Positions 55,901-64,000 of a DNA stretch of 64,000 nucleotides are shown here, piece after piece. The position numbers were made by a program, and so were the translations under genes. The stretch's first letter is position 1. The number at the start of each line of letters is the position of its first letter. A model generated the notes under the pieces. The model was not told where the DNA came from and did no database searches. It saw only the letters and a list, made by a program, of their open reading frames with translations. Origin of the DNA: a virus; IMG/VR virus record IMGVR_UViG_3300028392_000060, positions 1 to 64,000 of that record; one strand, written 5' to 3'.

Positions 55901-56719
55901 ATGGCTACAAATACTAAAAACGTAATCGTTGGTGCCGCAGCACTCTTTACTAGCGTTGGAAACAGCTCTAATAATTCAGGTCGTCCATCAACAAACCAAG
56001 CAGCTCTTTCAGCTTTAATGCCAGCAAATACATCTGCTCGCACAGCACTTCTTAATTCAAACACAGGTGCTGGAATAGGATACCGTGAAGTTGGTTACAC
56101 AACTACTGGTATTGAAATTTCATACGAACCATCATATGGTGAAGTAATGGTTGATCAACTTCTTGATGCAGCTCGTATTTTTAAGCAAACTCTTAAGGTA
56201 ATGCTAAAAACAGAACTAACAGAAGCAACTCTTGAAAACATGCAGTTTTCATGGGGTCAAATGGATAGCGTATATGTTGCTAATGCTAATAACTCAGTTG
56301 TTAACGTTCCAACATTGCTTAATAATGATTCTGCTGTTAACAGCACACCAGATACTCCAGCAGCAACATTAAATATTGCAGCAGGTGCTTTAGGTGATGC
56401 TCCAGTAGAGCGTGTATTAATTGCAGTTGGACAAGCTCCAGCACAAATTGGTACATCAGCAGCATTTAATGATCCAGCAGCTACAGGTTCAACACCAGTA
56501 GTTTCAGTTGGAACAGGTGCAAATACTACTGTTGCTCGCAATAAAGAGCGTGTATATGTTGCACGTCGTGTTGTTTCAATTGATACAACAATGCATTCTT
56601 TGAAGCGTGATTCAGCAACTGTGTTCCCAGTGAACTTCCGTTGTTTGCCTGATTCAGATGGATCTTATGCAGGTTCAGAATACGGTGTCGTTATTGACCG
56701 CGTATACGGAACATTCTAA
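55901..56719 (+). CDS. major tail tube protein
   Basis: NVIVGAA, VGYTTTG, VDQLLD, TELTEATLEN, FPVNFRCLPD. Confidence 0.85.
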   Translation: MATNTKNVIVGAAALFTSVGNSSNNSGRPSTNQAALSALMPANTSARTALLNSNTGAGIGYREVGYTTTGIEISYEPSYGEVMVDQLLDAARIFKQTLKVMLKTELTEATLENMQFSWGQMDSVYVANANNSVVNVPTLLNNDSAVNSTPDTPAATLNIAAGALGDAPVERVLIAVGQAPAQIGTSAAFNDPAATGSTPVVSVGTGANTTVARNKERVYVARRVVSIDTTMHSLKRDSATVFPVNFRCLPDSDGSYAGSEYGVVIDRVYGTF

Positions 56720-56736
56720 AAAAACTTAATATATAT

Positions 56737-56769
56737 TTCAGACCCCTGCCGAAAGGCGGGGGTTCTGAG
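56737..56769 (+). terminator. intrinsic terminator
   Basis: CCCCTGCC-GAAA-GGCGGGGG GNRA hairpin. Confidence 0.7.
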
Positions 56770-56824
56770 TTTGTTTATACTAATATTCTTGGTATAATTT
56801 AATTAATAACAAAGGAGCAATAAA

Positions 56825-57160
56825 TTGGCAACAACCGTATATGATGTAGTAGAAATTGAATTAAGTGATGGATCAACACTTACACTAAAGCCATTGCCTA
56901 TAAAGCAATTAAGAAAATTTATGGATATTGTAAATTCCATGTCAGTTGATGAAGGTAAAAGTGAATTAGATGCCATGGATCTTTTTGTAGATGCAGCAAT
57001 AATTTGCTTGCAAGGACTTGGAAGACCAGACCTTTCAGATAAAGATAAATTTGAAGATGTAATAGAAGTTCCTACTATGATGAAAATTCTTGAAGTTGCT
57101 GGTGGTTTAAAGTTGACTGACCCAAACCTTCTGGGAGCGGCTCTAGTTGGGACGAACTAG
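56825..57160 (+). CDS. tail assembly chaperone (gpG-like)
   Basis: Between major tail and tape measure genes; SD AAGGAG, TTG start. Confidence 0.8.
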   Translation: MATTVYDVVEIELSDGSTLTLKPLPIKQLRKFMDIVNSMSVDEGKSELDAMDLFVDAAIICLQGLGRPDLSDKDKFEDVIEVPTMMKILEVAGGLKLTDPNLLGAALVGTN

Positions 57161-57432
57161 ACCTAAGCTCCTTGGAGTCTGAAGTTTTTCTTGCAGGTCA
57201 TTGGAAGAATTTTGATGAGCTGGAAGAAAGTCTTTCTATCAATGAACTTAATGCTTTAGTAAAAGCTTTAAGAGAAAAAGAAGAAAGAAGTATGAAGTTT
57301 CATGCAGCAATTAATGGCGTTGATCTTGAAGAAAAAGAGCCAGAAGATGTTGCGGTACTTAAGAGTTCAAGTATAGCATCAAAAGAAGGTTTCGGTGTTG
57401 GCGAAGGACTCGGCTTTATGTCACAAGAATAA
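57121..57432 (+). CDS. -1 frameshift extension of the tail chaperone (gpGT-like)
   Basis: Slippery C CCA AAC at 57121-57127 in the correct phase; -1 frame reads PSGSGSSWDELDLSSLESEVFL... to 57432. Confidence 0.8.
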   Translation, partial: PKPSGSGSSWDELDLSSLESEVFLAGHWKNFDELEESLSINELNALVKALREKEERSMKFHAAINGVDLEEKEPEDVAVLKSSSIASKEGFGVGEGLGFMSQE

Positions 57433-57447
57433 TGGAGTAGATAATTA

Positions 57448-60400
57448 ATGGCAAAAATAGAATTAAATATAGTTGCCCTTGGTGATTTTTCCGCAGTCAA
57501 TGCACAAATAAAAGCTCTTCAAGTACAAGTTGATTCACTTAATAAAGGCGTCGCTGGTGTTGGATTAGGATCAACACTAACTAAAGATTTAGCTAACGCA
57601 CAAGCAGCATTTAAATCAACAATGCTATCAACTGGACAGTTTACAATGCAAACTGTTAAAATGGCTTCTGAAACAGAAAAATTTGGAAGAGCGCTTACTT
57701 CAGGTAAATTAAAACTTTCAGAGTATTTTAATATAATAACTGGAAAAGCAGGTCAAGCAACAGCATCAATGAATGCTCTTGCTGAATCACAAATAAGATT
57801 ACAAAATTCTGTTGTTGTTAGAAACAAAAATGGATTTTTAGATGTTTATACACCAACTGCATTTAATAAAGTTGCACAGGCTGAAGAACTTGTAGCAATG
57901 AAAGCTATGGTAATGCAAAAGGCTATTGATGGTGGATCAATGGCACTTATTAATTTTGGTAAAAATACGCAATGGGCAGGACGACAGCTTACTGTTGGTT
58001 TAACAATGCCTATGGTTTTGTTTGGTGCAGCAGCAGTTAAATCTTTTAAAGAAACAAATATTGAATTAACAAGATTACAAAGACTTTATGGAGAAGGTTT
58101 AACACCACCATCTCAAACACAAATTAATCAAATTTCAAGTCAAGTCTTAAAACTTGGAACGACCATAGCACAAACAATGGGAATAGCTCAAACCGAAACA
58201 GTTAAAGCAGCAGCAAATTTTGCAGCTATGGGTCGGGAAGGACAAAATCTTATTGATACAACGGCACAAACAATGCGTCTATCAAAATTAGGAGCAGTAA
58301 GTACAGCAGATGCAACAAATACTGTTGTTGCTTTACAAAATGTTTATAAGGTAAGTACAAATGATTTAGCAACTGCAGTTAACTTTTTATCAGATATACA
58401 GAAGCAAACAACAATGACTTTAAATGATATGACACAAGCTATTCCACGTGTTGGTCCAATTATGCAACAACTCGGAGGAACATATAAAGATACTGCAGTT
58501 ATGCTTGTTGCAATGCGTGAATCAGGTATTCCTGCTGCACAAGCTGCTAACGCAATAAAATCTGCAATGGCATCTATAATTGCTCCAACTTCAGCAGCTA
58601 CTAGAGAATTTGCTAAATTTGGAATTAATTTAGATTCTATAAAAAATGCTGGTGGACCAGTACAAATGATAGAACAATTACAAGCAGGACTTTCAAAATT
58701 ATCTCCACTTGTTAGAGAACAACTTATTGAAAAATTATTTGGTAAATTTCAATTTGCTCGTGTATCAGCACTTATTGAAAACTTTGGTAAAGCGGGAAGT
58801 CAAACAGTAAATGCTCTTAAAATTGCAGGAGCAACATCAAATCAATTAGCAGTACTTGCAAATCAAGAAATGAAACAAGCAACAGAATCTACAACAGCTA
58901 AATGGCAAAGATCGTTAGAAGGATTTAAAGCAACATTATATCCAATTGGACAAAAATTTCTTGAAATGGGAACAATAATTTTAAATGTTGCAAATAAAAT
59001 TGGACATGCATTTAGTAGCTTACCATCACCATTAAAAGGATTTTTTGGATTTTTAGCAATAGGAGCAGCATTAGCGGGACCTCTTATTATGTTAACTGGA
59101 TTATTATCAAATTTTGCGGGGTATTTGTTAAAAGCTGGAGGATTTATATTAAAACTAGCTAATGGTGGAATGTCACTAAAAGAATTACTTACTCCCGAAA
59201 TTATTGCATCTCAAAAAGCAGCAGAACTATTTTCAAATCAAATAGTTAATGATGTAGATGCTGTTGATCTATTAAATCAAGCAATTGAAAGACTTACAAT
59301 ATCATTATCTGAAATGTCTGGTGCTATGGTTACGGGTACAGGTGATGTAGCTACTAAAGTTGCAGCAGCAAATGCTTTAAATATAAAACCTGGAAAAGAA
59401 ATGTATGGAGCTATGTCTGGAGCAGAATACCGATATCTATCTTCAATGGGACTTGCAGGAACAAATACTCTTTATAAATCAGGAACTTCAATAGGGCAAA
59501 AACCAAAATTTTTAAATGTTCCTGAAAATGAAGCTATCTATGCTAAACCAACTACAGGAATTTTTGCTAAAACTGATACGGGAGTAAGCAATACAGCATT
59601 AACTGGAGCTGGAGTAGAGCCAAGAGCATATTTAGCAGCAGCAGCAGGAGCAACAGGAGCAGATGTTTTAAGTAAAGAGTATGCAACAAAATATAAAACT
59701 AGCACAAGTTTATTTTTAGATGCATTAACAAAACAAACAGTAACCTTAGAAAATGGAACAAAAGTACAATTATTAAATGATGAAAAAGCAAATATGCTTA
59801 AAGCACAACTTAATAAAGAGCTTGAAACACAAGTACTTGGTTTGGAAAAAATTAATGACATAAATAATCCTTTGGCAGCAGTTGAAAAACAAATTCTTGC
59901 AAAACTAGAAGAAGAAGGAATGTTAATAGGATTAAGTATAGAACAAACTAGAGAATTAATTAATCAAATAAGATTTGGAATGAGTAATGTTCACGATATT
60001 AACGCAGCAGGGGGAGCTGGTGCTTGGCTTGGAGGAGGAAATACTGGACTTTCTAGGTTTAAATTAGATTTTACAGGTTTAAAAAGTCAAAATATAGAAT
60101 TTTGGCATGCATTTAATGCTGAAGCAAAAGCAGCCTGGGAAGCAGTTCTTGTTGATATGCGTGGTGCGGGTGCACAGATTATAGAATATCAAGGTGAATT
60201 AGGAAAAGATGCAGCACTAAAATTTACAGAATCTGAAATTGAAATGTTAAGAAAATTAAATCCAGAACTATTATCACAATCTGTAATATTAGAAGAAGAA
60301 GTTGGAAAAGCAAGAGCTGATATGGCTGCTGCATCAGGAAAACTAGTTGCTAAAATATTTTCAGAATCTGAAATTGCAACATTAAAACAGGTATATCCAA

Positions 60401-63400
60401 GTATATTGACGGCTACAGTATTAAATGAAGAAGAAATTGCAAATGCTAAAATAGCTATACAAGAATCTACGTTAGCAAAAGAAAAAATAATTGCTGAAGA
60501 AGAAATTGCAGTACGTAGTGGGATGCTTGGTCGTTTGGGTGGTCGTTTAGGTGTAGGCACTGGAAAACCAAGCGGCATGGGCGCTATGGGCATTGCAATG
60601 GCTGGCATGATGATTGGTATGCCAATGTCTAGTAGTAAAAATCAAGCAGTAAGTACGGCGGGATCAGGAATTATGATGGGTGCTAATGCCGCAATGATAG
60701 CTTCATTTTTGCCTATAGCACCAGAATTAATAATTCCAATAGCGTTAGCTGTTGGAGGACTTACTGTAGCTTATAAAGCTCTTTCTAAAGTTATGGCTGA
60801 TCAAAAAGCACATAATGATGCCATAGAAGCATCATTTAAATCATCATCAAGTGTTATATCAGCATACGGCGGAACAATGATTACTGCAAAACAAGCAGTA
60901 TATAACTTTATTGATGCTAACAAAGAATCAAAAGATGTATTAAGTAAAACAGCACAAGATGTTGCTGAAATTAAAAAATTAGGAACATCTGATCCATTAA
61001 AACAAGTTGGAGAATTATTAAAAGGCGGGACTACGGCAAGTGGAGTTATAGGAACATTAAATCAATTTGCTGCAGCACAAGTAGCAAATGGTATGGATCC
61101 AAAAGCTGTATCTCAAATGGTTACAGATTTATTAACATATTCTGGACAAACAAAATATCTTAATCAAGCATTAAAAGAAATTACAAATAATACAAAAGAC
61201 ATGTCTACTGCTACTGCAACAATGATTAATAAATTAAAAAATAATGGAGATGCAAATCTTATTACTGCAACAACTTATAAAGATTTGTCTAAAGCACAAA
61301 AAGCATTTGCTGATGGATTGCTTACAACAACAAATATAATATCTGATCAAGCCACTCCATTTCAAGTTGCAGCAGATAAAATTAAAGCTTTGCGAGATAC
61401 TTCAGATAATAGTATAGGTTCTGTAAACGCCCTAGCTTTAGCATTAAAAAATGCGGGGGCATCTGCAGAAACTCTTACTGCAATGGCTAATTTAGCTAAA
61501 ATAGGTGTTACTAATTTAGGTGAAATTTCAACAATATTAATGCTTAATGCCGCAGGAATTAAAGTTAATACAACAGATGCTACAAAAACTACTAAAGATG
61601 TTACAAATGGTATTGTAGAATATGTTAAACAAAAACAAAAAGCATTAATAGCAGCTGATAAAGATGCTTTAAAAATTGAAGAAAATAAAGTTGTTGCAGC
61701 TAAAAAAGCTGCAGAAACTGCTGCAAAAACTGCTACAACTAAACAATTAAAAAATGAACAAGCGGCTTTAGGAATAGAAGGCGCAAAACAATATGAAACA
61801 GATCAAAAACAAGTAAAAGTATTAGAAGCACAATTAGCAACATTAAAATTACAAACTTCAGAATTACAAAAACAACAACAATATCAACTAAATCAACAAG
61901 ATTTAGAAAATCAAGCAAAACAAGCAGAAATGTCAGGAAATTATTTACAAGCAGCAATGCTTAATCAACAAAAAGCTTATAATACTTCACAATATAATCA
62001 AAATAATTCACAAGATGAATTACAAAAAGAATTAGATAATTTAAAACAAAGTCTTGCAGATCGTGCATTATTAATTCAAAATGAAACAGATAGTACATCT
62101 TCATCTACTGTTGATACATCAGGTGTGATTCTAGCTAAGCAAAAACTTAAGGATGATAAATTAATTGGAACACAATTAGCTTCTGAAATGACTACGTTAT
62201 TGGCTGACTCTGGTTTAACTGGATTTAAAGCAATGGTTGATGGTAAAGGTAATTATATAATTACAACTACAGGTAACGTAAATGTAAATGGAACATCAGA
62301 AAGAACATTGGGAAGTGCTTCTAATCCAATTTCGCTTTCAGGAAATATAGCCAACGATGAAAAAGTAGGTCGCAGTCCTTCTTCTGATTTGACACAATGG
62401 AATAGTCCATTAGGTAACACTAGATCAGTAGTTCATCAATATGCAAATGATAATAAAATAACTAAAAATCAATATTTTTCAATAGATCAGTATAATGTGC
62501 ATTATGTTTTTTATGAAGATGCAGATGGAAATATAACAATGATTTCTGCTGATGGAGCCTATAATGGGCCAAATACAATACTTAGATTACCAAAAAATGC
62601 TAATGTTACAAAGGCCAAAGCTGTAAAAAAAGCAACAGGTGGACATATATCTGGACCAGGAACGGGGACTTCAGATTCAATTCCCGCATATCTTTCAAAT
62701 GGCGAATATGTAATTAAAGCAGATGCTGTATCTCATTATGGACCAAGTTTTTTTGATTCTGTAAATGCAAAGAAATTTGCAAATGGTGGAGAAGTAACTA
62801 AAAATGGATGGCTTCAAAAATGGGCTAAGAGTTTAACTGGAATGCCTGCTGCAGAAATGTTTGGCACAGCATCAATATTAAGAAAGTTTGCGGGTCTTGG
62901 CAAACCTGGAGATAATCTAGCCACAGCTTTATTCCCGCTTAATTTTATGGGTATGGGCGGAGGAAAAAGTTTATTCCTTGGTATGCCTCGTGGCGTGAAA
63001 GATTTAGAAGAAGCACTTAAAGCTGAAAAAATAATGCAAGATATACACGCTTCTATTCAAGCAAGCAATTTTAAAAGCCTACCAATTACAAAACTAGGCG
63101 AACAGTTAGAGGCAACAGTTGGAAAAAGTTTTCCAGTAAGCGGTATTGGTGGGTTGTATAAAGGCGCTAATGGAACAAAAGAATTTGTCAAGCCAGTAAC
63201 AGATGCGTTATCTGGTCTATCTGAAATTAGATCTAATCAGATTGCAAGAGATGTACAAGGCTTAGATACACCAATTCAAGAATTAATAAAAATCATGGAC
63301 CCTTCAGATCCTAAAGGAAAGAGAACACTGTTAGCATTAAGATCTGCTTTTAACCCAGAATTTGCAAATCCAACTGGGAAGTTTACAAAAGATCAGTATT

Positions 63401-64000
63401 TTAGACAGTTAGTTTCTTCTTTATTAAGAGGAGATAAAGACTTACAAATAGCAAATTTATCAGGCAATAACCTTGTTGATGCTGGAACTTCAGGGGTATT
63501 TAACCTAGCTTCTGGAATAAGAACGTTATCTAAATCAATGCCGTCAATGCAAGAGCAAGCTACTATAAATTTATTAGGTGTTAAAGGTGGAGCAAAAAGA
63601 TTCTTTGCTGAATCTACAGCATCAATTGCAAAATCAATGACTCCAAAAGAATATCATGATGCAATTGTGGCAGAAATTAAAAGAGAAATTCCTTTATTAG
63701 AAAAAACAATAGCTTCATTTAAACTTACAGATCCAGATGAAATTGAAGCATATGCTAATATGTTGGAAAGATTAAAGGCGGGAGCAAAACCAGGAGTAGA
63801 TTGGTCATCATTCCAAACAATGGCAGCAAGCGTAGTTCCAGCTCCACCAAAAACACCAACAGCAGCAGCACTTGCTAAAAAAGCTGAAGAACTAACATTA
63901 AAGAAAAGACAATCTGGACATGCCGTAGGTTTTTCTGATATTATGTTTAAAGATCAACTTGGCGGGTATGCAAATGGTGGAGCAGTAAATTCAATGTCAA
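57448..64000 (+). CDS. tape measure protein (>2180 aa, runs off the window; absent from track)
   Basis: ATG at 57448 frame 1; NFGKNTQWAGRQLTVG, TMP core, hydrophobic segments, ATGGHISGPGTGTSDSIPAYLSNGEYV. Confidence 0.92.
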   Translation, partial: MAKIELNIVALGDFSAVNAQIKALQVQVDSLNKGVAGVGLGSTLTKDLANAQAAFKSTMLSTGQFTMQTVKMASETEKFGRALTSGKLKLSEYFNIITGKAGQATASMNALAESQIRLQNSVVVRNKNGFLDVYTPTAFNKVAQAEELVAMKAMVMQKAIDGGSMALINFGKNTQWAGRQLTVGLTMPMVLFGAAAVKSFKETNIELTRLQRLYGEGLTPPSQTQINQISSQVLKLGTTIAQTMGIAQTETVKAAANFAAMGREGQNLIDTTAQTMRLSKLGAVSTADATNTVVALQNVYKVSTNDLATAVNFLSDIQKQTTMTLNDMTQAIPRVGPIMQQLGGTYKDTAVMLVAMRESGIPAAQAANAIKSAMASIIAPTSAATREFAKFGINLDSIKNAGGPVQMIEQLQAGLSKLSPLVREQLIEKLFGKFQFARVSALIENFGKAGSQTVNALKIAGATSNQLAVLANQEMKQATESTTAKWQRSLEGFKATLYPIGQKFLEMGTIILNVANKIGHAFSSLPSPLKGFFGFLAIGAALAGPLIMLTGLLSNFAGYLLKAGGFILKLANGGMSLKELLTPEIIASQKAAELFSNQIVNDVDAVDLLNQAIERLTISLSEMSGAMVTGTGDVATKVAAANALNIKPGKEMYGAMSGAEYRYLSSMGLAGTNTLYKSGTSIGQKPKFLNVPENEAIYAKPTTGIFAKTDTGVSNTALTGAGVEPRAYLAAAAGATGADVLSKEYATKYKTSTSLFLDALTKQTVTLENGTKVQLLNDEKANMLKAQLNKELETQVLGLEKINDINNPLAAVEKQILAKLEEEGMLIGLSIEQTRELINQIRFGMSNVHDINAAGGAGAWLGGGNTGLSRFKLDFTGLKSQNIEFWHAFNAEAKAAWEAVLVDMRGAGAQIIEYQGELGKDAALKFTESEIEMLRKLNPELLSQSVILEEEVGKARADMAAASGKLVAKIFSESEIATLKQVYPSILTATVLNEEEIANAKIAIQESTLAKEKIIAEEEIAVRSGMLGRLGGRLGVGTGKPSGMGAMGIAMAGMMIGMPMSSSKNQAVSTAGSGIMMGANAAMIASFLPIAPELIIPIALAVGGLTVAYKALSKVMADQKAHNDAIEASFKSSSSVISAYGGTMITAKQAVYNFIDANKESKDVLSKTAQDVAEIKKLGTSDPLKQVGELLKGGTTASGVIGTLNQFAAAQVANGMDPKAVSQMVTDLLTYSGQTKYLNQALKEITNNTKDMSTATATMINKLKNNGDANLITATTYKDLSKAQKAFADGLLTTTNIISDQATPFQVAADKIKALRDTSDNSIGSVNALALALKNAGASAETLTAMANLAKIGVTNLGEISTILMLNAAGIKVNTTDATKTTKDVTNGIVEYVKQKQKALIAADKDALKIEENKVVAAKKAAETAAKTATTKQLKNEQAALGIEGAKQYETDQKQVKVLEAQLATLKLQTSELQKQQQYQLNQQDLENQAKQAEMSGNYLQAAMLNQQKAYNTSQYNQNNSQDELQKELDNLKQSLADRALLIQNETDSTSSSTVDTSGVILAKQKLKDDKLIGTQLASEMTTLLADSGLTGFKAMVDGKGNYIITTTGNVNVNGTSERTLGSASNPISLSGNIANDEKVGRSPSSDLTQWNSPLGNTRSVVHQYANDNKITKNQYFSIDQYNVHYVFYEDADGNITMISADGAYNGPNTILRLPKNANVTKAKAVKKATGGHISGPGTGTSDSIPAYLSNGEYVIKADAVSHYGPSFFDSVNAKKFANGGEVTKNGWLQKWAKSLTGMPAAEMFGTASILRKFAGLGKPGDNLATALFPLNFMGMGGGKSLFLGMPRGVKDLEEALKAEKIMQDIHASIQASNFKSLPITKLGEQLEATVGKSFPVSGIGGLYKGANGTKEFVKPVTDALSGLSEIRSNQIARDVQGLDTPIQELIKIMDPSDPKGKRTLLALRSAFNPEFANPTGKFTKDQYFRQLVSSLLRGDKDLQIANLSGNNLVDAGTSGVFNLASGIRTLSKSMPSMQEQATINLLGVKGGAKRFFAESTASIAKSMTPKEYHDAIVAEIKREIPLLEKTIASFKLTDPDEIEAYANMLERLKAGAKPGVDWSSFQTMAASVVPAPPKTPTAAALAKKAEELTLKKRQSGHAVGFSDIMFKDQLGGYANGGAVNSMS

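Overview
This window is part of a large, AT-rich (roughly one-third GC) tailed-phage genome with a long tape measure and a siphovirus-type tail module. WhiB, leaderless genes and actinobacterial operator motifs point to an Actinobacteria host, probably a low-GC freshwater lineage (inference). Layout: 1-8.7 kb rightward accessory genes (scaffold-like protein, SLOG, GroES, WhiB, thioredoxin, HslV-like protease, secreted surface protein, SSB). 8.7-21.15 kb is a leftward island of tiny early-type genes plus tRNA-Asp, possibly the terminal repeat. 21.2-29.2 kb holds methyl/glycosyltransferases, cell-wall enzymes and class II RNR. 29.3-46.8 kb holds Ser/Thr-rich tail fibres, three beta-propeller paralogs and two more glycosyltransferases. 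46.9-64 kb is portal, lysin, protease/scaffold, capsid, tail and a tape measure gene that runs off the end. The most striking signal is the early island. It carries 11 exact matches to the PafBC/RecA-NDp DNA-damage promoter (TGTCRG-N10-TA-N3-T) and stereotyped upstream modules stacked with apparent host regulator sites: helically phased CRP boxes, WhiA-type GACAC, tandem ARG boxes, a LexA box, an MraZ-type array and a perfect parS. Also notable are a HipA/PI4K-like kinase domain inside the tape measure protein, a covarying 3'-UTR pseudoknot family, a scaffold-mimic protein and window-wide enrichment of GCGGG. All assignments are by eye; no database search was run.
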